From: Candidatus Oxydemutatoraceae bacterium
GTDB lineage: Bacteria > Pseudomonadota > Gammaproteobacteria > Poriferisulfidales > Oxydemutatoraceae
Reading direction: 5' to 3'
Assembly: GCA_965226235.1 (NCBI GenBank)
Contig: OZ245335.1
Coordinates: 1,580,427 to 1,644,426 of the forward strand
DNA length: 64,000 bases
The notes under the pieces are model-generated. The model saw only the letters and a program-made list of their open reading frames with translations, searched no databases and was not told the origin of the DNA. Positions 30,807 through 40,129 of the stretch are shown here, piece after piece; position 1 is the first letter of the stretch; each line of letters starts with the position of its first letter. A program made the position numbers and the translations under genes.

Positions 30807-31559
30807 ATCAAAGGTGTACTATTGGATTTAAGCGGAGTCCTGTATGTAGGAAGCCAGCTTCTACCAGGGGCTCTGGATGCGATGCAGCATCTGGGCAGAA
30901 ACAATTTGCCGGTCCGCTTTATCACGAACACTACTCGCAGCACCCGCGGCGCAATCCTGGAAAAGCTTGCAAACATGGGTTTACACGTTGCCCAGGTCGA
31001 ACTGTTCACTGCCGCCATAGCCGCGTGCAATTACATCAAGAGAAAAAATCTTTCCCCTTACCTGTTGCTGCATGCCAACCTCGTTCCGGAGTTTTCAGAG
31101 TTCGACCAGCAAAAATTCGACTCGGTGTTGCTGGGAGACGCCGGAACAGGCTTCACCTATGAAAAGTTGAACGAGGCGTTTCGCTTGCTGTTTGACGGGG
31201 CGCCCCTGTTTGCCATGGGAGATAATCTCTATTTCAAGGAGGAGGATGGCTTCAGCCTGGATGCAGGACCTTTCGTGCACGCGCTGGAAACGGCAAGTGG
31301 GGTCAAGGCGACCGTGCTCGGGAAACCCGCAAAAGAGTTCTTCCTGGAAGCCATCCGGGATTTCCGCTGTTCGCCTGGCGAGGTCGTGATGGTCGGGGAT
31401 GACGTCGAGGCCGATATAAACGGTGCTTCCGCCGTCGGGCTTCAGGCAATCCTTGTCAAGACAGGAAAATATCGAAGCGGCGACGACCAGCGTGTTCGCG
31501 GTTCTGGTGTGCGTATAGCGGAACATATCGCTCAGGCTGTAGAATGGATTACCCGGTAA
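30807..31559 (+). CDS. HAD-superfamily hydrolase, subfamily IIA (phosphatase-like)
   Basis: Motif I LLDLSGVLY, motif II ITNTT, and C-terminal …MVGDDVEADINGA…. Start may be 30783 or 30807. Confidence 0.6.
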   Translation: MKGVLLDLSGVLYVGSQLLPGALDAMQHLGRNNLPVRFITNTTRSTRGAILEKLANMGLHVAQVELFTAAIAACNYIKRKNLSPYLLLHANLVPEFSEFDQQKFDSVLLGDAGTGFTYEKLNEAFRLLFDGAPLFAMGDNLYFKEEDGFSLDAGPFVHALETASGVKATVLGKPAKEFFLEAIRDFRCSPGEVVMVGDDVEADINGASAVGLQAILVKTGKYRSGDDQRVRGSGVRIAEHIAQAVEWITR

Positions 31560-31813
31560 GGGTCGTGCCCAATCAGAAACTGGTTGCCGACTGATATAGC
31601 TTTATGGTTCTACGATGCTTTTATCCACCAGCCATTTCCCGCTTGGGGGCTAACCCGGTATCATCCGTGCGTCACTCCGGAGACCAGTTCGCCTTGCCAC
31701 ATCGAAAACCAGGAATGTCGAAGTCGGGGTTTATTACCCGATCTGTAATACGCCCAGCGGGGAATCGAGCGACCGAAAGCAATCCGGTAGCCTGTCAATA
31801 AGAGGAACTTTCC

Positions 31814-33055
31814 ATGCCATGGAGTTTGTTAAAATACGGCTTCGCCGTCAGGTACCCGGCCCGCCGGGATATCCCTGCTCCACGCGATCTGAAAAAATCC
31901 TACGATGTCGTCATTATCGGAGCCGGAGGACACGGTCTGTCCACCGCCTATCATCTGGCGCGTTATCACGGTATCACGAATGTCGTCGTGCTGGATAAAG
32001 GGTATGTAGGCGGCGGCAACACCGCACGCAACACAACGGTGATTCGCTCGAACTATATCTCGCCCGAGGCGGTTGCGTTTTACAAGGCCTCCGTGGAGAT
32101 GTTCAAAAATCTATCCAACGAGCTGGGATATAACCAGATGTACTCCCAGCGCGGCCAGCTGACCCTCGCTCACTCTGATGCCAGCGTACGCGCATTTACG
32201 CTACGTGCGGAAGTCAACAAACACTTGGGAGTCCGATCCGAGATGGTGGATCGAAGACAGATCCGTGAGATCGTGCCGTGCCTAAATATGGACAAAAACA
32301 TGCGCTTCCCGATCCAGGCAGGCCTGTGGCACCGTGATGGCGGCACGTCGCGGCATGATGCCGTTGCCTGGGGATACGCGATGCGAGCGGCGCAAATGGG
32401 CGTCGAAATTCATCAACGGACCGAAGTCACCGGCATACAGGTTGACGCAGGCAGGGTCGTGGCAGTGCAAACAGATCGTGGCACCGTCAAGTGCAACCAT
32501 GCCGTCCAGGCTGTTGCCGGCATGAGTTCGGTGGTTGCGAAAATGGCCGGGATCCGGTTGCCGATACGAAGCTATCCTTTGCAGGCGATGGTTACGCAGC
32601 CGGTCAAGTCCTTCCTTGATCCTCTGGTCAGTTCCGCGGGGCTGCATGTCTATGTCTCGCAGACAGCACGCGGGGAATTTGTCATCGGTGGGGGTTCGGA
32701 TCCATACGAACTGTATTCGACACGCTCAACCCTGGACCTCAAGGAAACGCTCATTGCGCACACGCTTGAGTTGTTCCCGTTCATTGCCGAGTTGAAACTG
32801 CTGCGGCAATGGGCAGGCATTACAGATATGACTCCAGACTACAGTCCCATCATGGGTGCCAGCCCGGTGAAAAATTACTGGCTGGATGCCGGATGGGGCA
32901 CCTGGGGGTTCAAGGCTACACCCATTTCAGGGAAATGCATGGCGGAGACGCTCGCGAACGAAAAAACAGCCCCGCTGATCCAGCCGTTTGGGCTCGACCG
33001 GTTCAAGACCTTCAAGCTGACCAACGAGGCGGGAGCTACCGCCGCAAGTCATTAG
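31814..33055 (+). CDS. soxB: sarcosine oxidase beta-subunit family FAD oxidoreductase (N-methylglutamate dehydrogenase subunit A-like)
   Basis: 413 aa, YDVVIIGAGGHGLSTAYHLA. Followed by delta, alpha and gamma homologs in sox order. Confidence 0.7.
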   Translation: MPWSLLKYGFAVRYPARRDIPAPRDLKKSYDVVIIGAGGHGLSTAYHLARYHGITNVVVLDKGYVGGGNTARNTTVIRSNYISPEAVAFYKASVEMFKNLSNELGYNQMYSQRGQLTLAHSDASVRAFTLRAEVNKHLGVRSEMVDRRQIREIVPCLNMDKNMRFPIQAGLWHRDGGTSRHDAVAWGYAMRAAQMGVEIHQRTEVTGIQVDAGRVVAVQTDRGTVKCNHAVQAVAGMSSVVAKMAGIRLPIRSYPLQAMVTQPVKSFLDPLVSSAGLHVYVSQTARGEFVIGGGSDPYELYSTRSTLDLKETLIAHTLELFPFIAELKLLRQWAGITDMTPDYSPIMGASPVKNYWLDAGWGTWGFKATPISGKCMAETLANEKTAPLIQPFGLDRFKTFKLTNEAGATAASH

Positions 33056-33065
33056 GGACACACGC

Positions 33066-33341
33066 ATGAAAATAATGAACTGTCCACTGAATGGCCCGCG
33101 AAATATCTCGGAATTCATCTGCTTTGGCGAAGTTTCCAGGATGCCAGACCCTCAAAGCACCAATGACGACGAATGGGCGGATTTTATCTGGATGTCGAAC
33201 AATACCGCGGGCGTGGTTCGGGAGTGGTGGTGCCATACCGTAACGGCGTACTGGTTCATTGCGGAACGCAACACAATCACAGACGAGATCCTGAGAACCT
33301 ACCCCGCGAGCGATATCTTTAACGAACGGATTGATTTCTGA
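33066..33341 (+). CDS. soxD: sarcosine oxidase delta-subunit family protein
   Basis: 91 aa: MKIMNCPLNGPRNISEFICFGEV…, the SoxD Zn-ribbon-like start. Confidence 0.65.
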   Translation: MKIMNCPLNGPRNISEFICFGEVSRMPDPQSTNDDEWADFIWMSNNTAGVVREWWCHTVTAYWFIAERNTITDEILRTYPASDIFNERIDF

Positions 33342-33374
33342 ATTCTCTATAAGTATATTTATCAAATAATTGTA

Positions 33375-36299
33375 ATGAAAACTTCTCTCAATCGGTTACC
33401 TTCTCCTGCAGGAATACTGGTCAATCACGAGAAGCCGGTAAGCTTCAGTTTTGAAGGTAGGCAATGTACAGGGCTGGCTGGAGACACCATCGCAAGTGCC
33501 TTGGCTGCAAACGACATCTGGCTGCTGTCGCGTTCATTCAAGTACCACCGCCCACGCGGGATACTGTCAATGGCAGGGCTCGAGGCAAATACCCTCGTGC
33601 AGGTCGAGCACGAGCCCAATGTAGCTGCCGACAGGCGAAAAATCACCCCGGGACTCGAGGTGACCGGTCAGAATTACGTCGGTAGCCTGGTCAACGACCG
33701 ATCTGCAAAAATAGCCTTGGCAAGCCGATTTCTTCCGGTAGGATTTTACTACAAGGCATTTTTCCGTCCCCGGGGGGTGTGGCAGAATCTCTGGGAGCCC
33801 ATCATCCGGAAACGTGCAGGACTTGGGCAAGTACATCTCGATTCCCCGCGCGATTACTACGACAAAAAATACCTGTTTTACGAAGTCGCAGTCATCGGCG
33901 GCGGGCCGGCCGGCATGAGTGCCGCTTTGAGCGCGGCCAACTCGGGCGCAGAAGTTCTTCTCATCGAGCAGGAAGCCGTGCTTGGTGGCTCACTCAATTA
34001 CGGCCGGTTTGACGCGGAAGGCAAGCTGGCGCCTGAACTGCGCACTGAACTCGCCACCGCGGTCGAAAACCACCTCAACATCGAGGTCATGACAGACGCT
34101 GTCTGCAATGGATGGTTCGCCGATAACTGGCTGCCTGTTATCCGCGATCGTCGCATGTACAAGCTGCGCGCGAAGGAATTGATACTCGCCACGGGAAAAA
34201 TGGAACAACCTGCAATTTTTCACAACAACGACCTTCCGGGCGTATTGCTGGGGACAGCTGCACAGCGATTGATTCGCCTGTACGGCGTCCGTCCGGGCAA
34301 ACAGGCCGTAGTTCTCACAGCTGGCGACGATGGTTATGCAACGGCACTGGAGTTGCTGGAAAACGGCGTGCATGTCGCGGCTGTCGCTGATCTGCGCGAA
34401 ACTTTTGACGCAACGCCCCTGTACGAGAAAGTGCGCGCCAGCGATATACCCGTCCACACGGCGTGCGCGGTCTACGAAGCGCTTCCGGACAAGCACACGT
34501 GCCACATACGTGCCGTGGAGTTACGCAGGATCAAGGGCAAGGGACAATGTGGCGACAGGGTGCAACAGTACGACTGCGACCTGCTTTGCGTATCTACGGG
34601 GTTCATGCCTGCCTTCCAGCTTGCGCTACAAGCCGGTGGCAAACTGTCATACGATGACGAGGCGTCCATGTTTTCGATTACAGGGTTGCCTGCCGGCGCA
34701 CATCTGGCGGGTGCAATCAATGGAGAAAATCAGCTCGGTGCGATAACCGAGTCCGGCACGCGTGCCGGACAAACCGCATCTGAGAAACTGGGATTTACCG
34801 TGCCGGGCGATGCTCCTCCAAAGCGGATATTTCCCACTTCCTACACCAGCGCTAATCACCCCTGGCCTGTTTTTCCACACCCCCGGAACAAGGAGTTCAT
34901 AGACCTGGATGAGGATTTGCAATACCAGGATATCGTGCACGCGTGCCAGGACGGATATGCCGAACTCGAATTGGTGAAGCGCTATTCGACGGTCGGCATG
35001 GGGCCTTCACAGGGTCGCCACTCGGCGCTGGCTACCGCGCGCCTGGTTGCGGACATAACTCGGCGCAGCGTGTCGGAAATCGGTGTCACGACAGCCCGTC
35101 CTCCGCTTTGCGCGGAGAAACTGGCCGTGATCGCGGGACGCAGTTTCGAGCCTGAGCAACTGACCGCAATACACCATCGTCACCTGGCAGCGGGCGCACA
35201 GATGATGGTTGTCGGAACATGGTGGCGACCTGCCTACTACGGTCCTCCCGAGCACTGCGATCAGTGCATTCGTGAAGAAAACCTGCAAATTCGTAACAAT
35301 GTCGGCGTAATCGATGTATCGACCCTGGGGGGACTGGAAATTTGGGGGCCGGACGCCGCAGAATTCATAAACCGCATATATACCTTTTCCTACTCTAAGC
35401 AAAAGACGGGCACATCCCGGTACCTGCTGATGACGAACTCCGCCGGGATGATCACCGATGACGGGATTGCGTGCAGGTTTGGCGATGAACATTTTTATGT
35501 CACCGCAACAACCGGCGGCGTGAATAACGTTCACCGAATGATGCTATGGTGGAACGCGCAATGGTGCCTCGACGTCGTTATAAACAATGTCACGGCGGCA
35601 TACGCGGGCATAAACCTGGCAGGCCCCCAATCCCGGGCGGTCTTGCAACAGGTGTGCAGCGACACCGACCTCTCTCCCGAGGGATTTCCTTACCTGGCGG
35701 TACGTACCGGCGTCGTAGCCGGTATTCCGGCGCGCTTGCTCCGCGTGGGCTTTGTAGGAGAACTGGGCTATGAAATACATGTGCCGTCCTCACAGGGTGA
35801 GGCGTTGTGGGACACGTTGCTGGACGCAGGACAGGGATATGGAATCAAGCCGGTGGGTATCGGGGCACAGCGCCTGTTACGCCTGGAGAAAGGCCACCTG
35901 ATTGTCGGTCAGGATACCGACGCCATGACGACCCCACAGGGAGCCTGCTTGGCGTGGGCAATATCCAGAAACAAACCATTTTTCGTGGGAAAGCGGTCTT
36001 TGCAGATCACCGAACGCCATCCGTCAAACCGCAAACTCGTGGGCTTTTCGACTGAAGCCGCAGAGCATGAAGCGCCGCAAGAGTCGAACCTGATACTCGA
36101 CGGCGATTCCATTGCCGGACATATTACTTCGGTCGGATACTCCCCTACCTTGAAGAAAATTGTCGGAATGGGGTATGCCCGGGCTGACACCGAGCCAGGT
36201 ATGTCGATATGTATCAAGCTGAAGAACGGCAACATTCATACTGCCCAGGTCGTGGAGCTGCCGTTTTACGATCCGGAAAACAACCGCCAGAAAATGTAG
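33375..36299 (+). CDS. soxA: sarcosine oxidase alpha-subunit family protein (NAD/FAD-binding N-terminus + GcvT-like folate-binding C-terminus)
   Basis: 974 aa. Rossmann motif VAVIGGGPAGMSAALSAA. C-terminal aminomethyltransferase-like domain. Confidence 0.7.
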   Translation: MKTSLNRLPSPAGILVNHEKPVSFSFEGRQCTGLAGDTIASALAANDIWLLSRSFKYHRPRGILSMAGLEANTLVQVEHEPNVAADRRKITPGLEVTGQNYVGSLVNDRSAKIALASRFLPVGFYYKAFFRPRGVWQNLWEPIIRKRAGLGQVHLDSPRDYYDKKYLFYEVAVIGGGPAGMSAALSAANSGAEVLLIEQEAVLGGSLNYGRFDAEGKLAPELRTELATAVENHLNIEVMTDAVCNGWFADNWLPVIRDRRMYKLRAKELILATGKMEQPAIFHNNDLPGVLLGTAAQRLIRLYGVRPGKQAVVLTAGDDGYATALELLENGVHVAAVADLRETFDATPLYEKVRASDIPVHTACAVYEALPDKHTCHIRAVELRRIKGKGQCGDRVQQYDCDLLCVSTGFMPAFQLALQAGGKLSYDDEASMFSITGLPAGAHLAGAINGENQLGAITESGTRAGQTASEKLGFTVPGDAPPKRIFPTSYTSANHPWPVFPHPRNKEFIDLDEDLQYQDIVHACQDGYAELELVKRYSTVGMGPSQGRHSALATARLVADITRRSVSEIGVTTARPPLCAEKLAVIAGRSFEPEQLTAIHHRHLAAGAQMMVVGTWWRPAYYGPPEHCDQCIREENLQIRNNVGVIDVSTLGGLEIWGPDAAEFINRIYTFSYSKQKTGTSRYLLMTNSAGMITDDGIACRFGDEHFYVTATTGGVNNVHRMMLWWNAQWCLDVVINNVTAAYAGINLAGPQSRAVLQQVCSDTDLSPEGFPYLAVRTGVVAGIPARLLRVGFVGELGYEIHVPSSQGEALWDTLLDAGQGYGIKPVGIGAQRLLRLEKGHLIVGQDTDAMTTPQGACLAWAISRNKPFFVGKRSLQITERHPSNRKLVGFSTEAAEHEAPQESNLILDGDSIAGHITSVGYSPTLKKIVGMGYARADTEPGMSICIKLKNGNIHTAQVVELPFYDPENNRQKM

Positions 36300-36303
36300 T
36301 CGA

Positions 36304-37035
36304 GTGCAAACCCCGTTACAACAAGTGCGTCCTGAGGATTTCAAGACGCGAAGCCCCCTCTACAGAACCCTATTGGCGGCCGGCGCGCGGTTTGGAAGCT
36401 ATATGGACACCGCTTGTGCGATGGACTATGGCGGAAGCGAAGAGCAGGAAATATCCCAGGCTAGACAACTGGGCCTGGCTGATTTAACGCCGTTGCCAAG
36501 AACGGGGTTCAAAGGACGGGAAGCGATCCGATGGTTAAGGTCGCAAGGTTTGGAAATCGGCCAGCGTAGCAACCAGACCTACCTTCAGTCAAACGGCATG
36601 CTGGTTGTGCGAATTGCCGATTCTGAAATCATGATCCTGAACAGTTTGAGCAGTCGCGACAATCAATTGGCAAACCTGGAGAAGGAACACGCGCGCGGCC
36701 ATTCTGCAGGGTGTTATTCCGTACCTCGCTTCGACACATCGGCTTGGTTGATGGTTACCGGCCAGTGTGCGAGTGAAATGTTCGCAAAAATCTGCGGTGT
36801 GGACTTGCGTGCGGGAAAATTTCCTCCGGAAGCCATCGCGCAGACCTCGATTGCACGCACGAACGGTATCGTCATTCGCAACGGCCTGGGTGAAGTGCCT
36901 GCTTTCCACCTGCTGTTCGATAGCGCATCAGCCGATTACATGTGGTCCTGCTTGACGGATGCCTGTAGAGAATTCAAAGGAGCGCCAGTCGGATATGCCG
37001 CGCTGTCGCGGATTGTGGTGCCGCAAACTGTATGA
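36304..37035 (+). CDS. soxG: sarcosine oxidase gamma-subunit family protein
   Basis: 243 aa in the expected position after soxA. 5-nt gap from the soxA stop. Confidence 0.6.
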   Translation: MQTPLQQVRPEDFKTRSPLYRTLLAAGARFGSYMDTACAMDYGGSEEQEISQARQLGLADLTPLPRTGFKGREAIRWLRSQGLEIGQRSNQTYLQSNGMLVVRIADSEIMILNSLSSRDNQLANLEKEHARGHSAGCYSVPRFDTSAWLMVTGQCASEMFAKICGVDLRAGKFPPEAIAQTSIARTNGIVIRNGLGEVPAFHLLFDSASADYMWSCLTDACREFKGAPVGYAALSRIVVPQTV

Positions 37036-37039
37036 GTCC

Positions 37040-37260
37040 AACACATATGGGACAAATGAGGCCAGTGTTGAGCGAGCATTTGACAGGGTGTGCGGTTGCC
37101 GATTCCTCGGTGTGGTCGTTGGCCATTATAGCGGTCGAGGTGGTCCAGCAGATGCTGGTTGAACGCCCGTAGACCCTCGGCCAGAAGGTCTTCTTCATAA
37201 TCAACAAAGTCTTCCTGCACAGTGCGGTTGAAACGCTCGTCGAAAGCTTCAACGCTCGGT
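37040..37260 (-). mobile_element. IS481-family 3'-end fragment (minus)
   Basis: ORF 36936-37274(-): …FNRTVQEDFVDYEEDLLAEGLRAFNQHLLDHLDRYNGQRPHRGIGNRTPCQMLAQHWPHLSHMCW…. Terminus TGTATGAGTCCAACACATATGGGAC. Confidence 0.65.
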
Positions 37261-37289
37261 TTAGAGGCAGGCAATTTGCATCAGCCAGC

Positions 37290-37470
37290 ACTTGGTTCCA
37301 AGGTCTATACGAAGCCAGGCAACTGACCGAAGACTGGCTGGTACCGCCACTGCAACCAGATAAGATTGCATCGCTCGCTGAGTTACTTACGCTCCCAGCT
37401 CAAGCGGCTTGCCAAGATGTTTTTTTTCAGTCCAAGTGGACCGGACCGTTATCAACGGGGAAGATCAGTG
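37290..37470 (+). mobile_element. IS3-family (IS407-like) 3'-end remnant
   Basis: Aligns with 39300-39490 (…gaagccaggcaactga(c/t)cga(a/g)gactgg… agatgttttttt…caagtggacc…gggaagatca). Confidence 0.5.
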
Positions 37471-37559
37471 TGTCAGACAACCGCGGGCCAGCTTGGGCCC
37501 GCGTATTGTCGTTCAAGCATTCTTCCTAAAAAGAGCGTGAAATGCTGAACACGATCCGT

Positions 37560-38313
37560 TCTTTCGTTGTCAGATGTCAGAAGGCCCATGATCATCATCG
37601 GTATCGTGGTAACGAAGATCCAAGTTGAACTCACCGGCGGCTTTGGTCAGACCGACTTCCCAGTGCGAATACGAATATCCGTCGGGCCCGGTCCGCCGGG
37701 GCTCGCCTTGTCACCCTCAACATCCTGATAGCCCACTGCAAAGTCAATCCCCATGTCGTTGGGTAAAGGCAACGCAAGCGAGCCTTTGACATAATAACCG
37801 TCACCGTCTTCCAGTGTGAAATCAGGCGAGTACGCTGCAAACAGGCTCACATAGGCAGACTGGATGGTGTAGCCGAGGGTTCCCCAGAATTCCCATTGAT
37901 CAGTTTTCAACACCACCTTCACCGTCTTCATCCAACACCACCTCCACATCCACACCCGAGTCTTCTGCGCTGGGGAAGTTGAAATAGATGAGCATGAAAT
38001 CGTAATCGAGTCCTCCGGCAGTGGAGTCTGCATACCCTATATAGTAATCAAGCTCTACCGAACTATTAGGCAACTCGATATTGGAAGCCCATACGCCGGC
38101 ATACCAGGTGTTGTAGCCCCAATCAAAACTACCTTGAATAGCGGGGTCCTCGCTGGTAAACGATACGCCGCGGAAAACATAATCGCTCGTCAAGGTAAGC
38201 GTATTGCTGAAGTTCTCTTTTGCAAATGCACCTTCCGCAGAAGCGATTCCGGTGTAACTTAAAGACAGCAATAGAACGGCTATTGCAGCTGGTTTATAAG
38301 TTTGGTATTTCAC
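37560..38313 (-). pseudogene. outer-membrane beta-barrel/porin-like protein (TIGR02001-like), split over three frames
   Basis: Signal peptide MKYQTYKPAAIAVLLLSLSYTGIASA and beta-strand-rich sequence with aromatic C-terminus. Continuity requires frameshifts between ORFs 37900-38313, 37647-38033 and further downstream. Confidence 0.45.
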
Positions 38314-38486
38314 TGTAGTCTCTCCCTTTCCATAGGTATGGAGTAGTTATTAGGAGCATAATCTTATGTACCGCTCATTAGCGCAATTCCACTCGCGGAT
38401 TAACACTAAATAGGTAGAATCGACAAAAACCAACAAGTGGTTGGTGGAAAAAAGTGGCCAGCAGAGTCTGATACGGCCTGGGTTTG

Positions 38487-38790
38487 TTAGACACTTTCCT
38501 GATTCATTAAATATCGTTGTTCATAGACCGTTGGTGCAACGCGATCATTATGCGTATGTCGGCGCTTCGGGTTGTAGAACATCTCGATATAGTTAAACAT
38601 AGATTGCCGTGCGTCTGCACGGCTTTTGTACTTTATTCTTCTGATCTTCTCTTTCTTCAGGTTGGCAAAGAAGCTCTCTGCCACTGCATTGTCATGACAG
38701 TTGCCACGACGACTCATACTGGCTTGTATATTCAGTGCCTTGAGTAACTTCTTACACCGACCGCTTGTATATTGTGAACCTTGATCTACC
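38487..38790 (-). pseudogene. IS3-family orfB C-terminal fragment (minus)
   Basis: …VDQGSQYTSGRCKKLLKALNIQASMSRRGNCHDNAVAESFFANLKKEKI… integrase-core signature. Confidence 0.6.
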
Positions 38791-39490
38791 GGTACCCGCG
38801 TTACGGTTATCTGCTGCTGCACCGGTTACTGAGGAACGAAGGCTTGGTCGTCAACCGCAAGCGCACATACCGTGTGTACGTACAGTTGGGGCTGCAGGTG
38901 CGTACACAGCGGCGCAAAAAGCTACGGCGTCCGCGGGTGGCGATGCCGCTACCCACGCGAGTAAACGAGCGGTGGTCAGTGGATTTCGTGTCCGACCAAT
39001 TAGCCAACGGTCGGCGGTTTCGTATTCTCAACCTGGTGGATGATTTTTCCAGGCAGTGCGTGGGGCAGATCGTCGACACCTCAATTTCCGGTGCTCGTTT
39101 GGCACGCTATCCGGATCAACCTGGCGAGCGTCAGCCATTGCCCAAAACCCTGGTGTGTGATAACGGGACGGAACTGACCAGCAAAGCGATGTTTTTCTGG
39201 AGTGCCCGGAGCGGCACGCTACTGCATTTCATTCAGCCTGGGAAACCCACGCAGAATGCTTTCGTGGAAAGTTTCAACGCCCGGCTTAGAGACAACTGCC
39301 TCAACCAGCACTGGTTCCGGAACCTACACGAAGCCAGGCAACTGATCGAGGACTGGCGCCGCCACTACAACCAGCAACGACCGCATAGCTCGCTGGGCTA
39401 CGCCACCCCAGCCGAGTACGCAGCACGAGCAGCCTGATAAGATGTTTTTTTCTCATTTCAAGTGGACCTGTATCAGGGGGAAGATCACTT
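38790..39490 (+). mobile_element. IS3-family (IS407-group-like) 5'-truncated copy: orfB only plus right end
   Basis: ORF 38781-39437: …WSVDFVSDQLANGRRFRILNLVDDFSRQCVG…CDNGTELTS…FVESFNARLRDNCLNQHWF…QQRPHSSLGYATPAEYAA. No orfA upstream. Confidence 0.65.
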
Positions 39491-40129
39491 GCCAAACCCA
39501 TGATTCAAGGCCAACACAGCAGCTTCGAGTCTTGAATGAACGTTGAGCTTTCTTAACAGATTTCTCACATGAACCTTTACGGTGCCATCCTTTATATCCA
39601 GTTTATGCGCAATGAATTTATTGCTCTTGCCGCCAGCAATTAATTCTAAAATCTCTGTTTCCCTCTGTGTAAGCGAGGCGTTTTGGTTATGACGGATAGA
39701 GCTTGCCAATTTTTCGGATAAATTCTGATCGAGCACCGTTTGGCCAGCCATTACACTTTGTAGTTTTGATTGCAATACTTCCGGTTCCATATCTTTTAAC
39801 AAATAACCATCGGCTCCATTACGCAGAGCATTGACCAGATCTTCTTCTGCATCGGAAACGGTTAATACAACCACCTTCGAATTGATGCCGTGTTTCTTTA
39901 ACTCGATTAATGTTCTGATGCCACTCATTCCATCCATATTCAGATCCAGTAAAATCAAATCGGGCTTATGTTTTAAAGCCAGCTCGATTCCCTCCTGCCC
40001 TGACTGGGCTTCACCGACAAGTTTAAATTCATCACCCATGCCGTCAATGAGCTGTGCAACACCTTTGCGAAAGAGTGGATGATCGTCAATGATCAAAACG
40101 GAATTTTCTGCCCGCATCGGAAATCTCAC
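39485..40129 (-). CDS. response regulator, NarL/FixJ family (REC + LuxR-type HTH)
   Basis: …VLIIDDHPLFRKG…LILLDLNMDGMSG…; C-terminal …LTQRETEILELIAGGKSNKFIAHKLDIKDGTVKVHVRNLLRKL. GTG at 40129 overlaps the kinase stop (GTGA); ATG at 40117 is an alternative. Confidence 0.75.
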   Translation of the reverse strand: MRFPMRAENSVLIIDDHPLFRKGVAQLIDGMGDEFKLVGEAQSGQEGIELALKHKPDLILLDLNMDGMSGIRTLIELKKHGINSKVVVLTVSDAEEDLVNALRNGADGYLLKDMEPEVLQSKLQSVMAGQTVLDQNLSEKLASSIRHNQNASLTQRETEILELIAGGKSNKFIAHKLDIKDGTVKVHVRNLLRKLNVHSRLEAAVLALNHGFGK

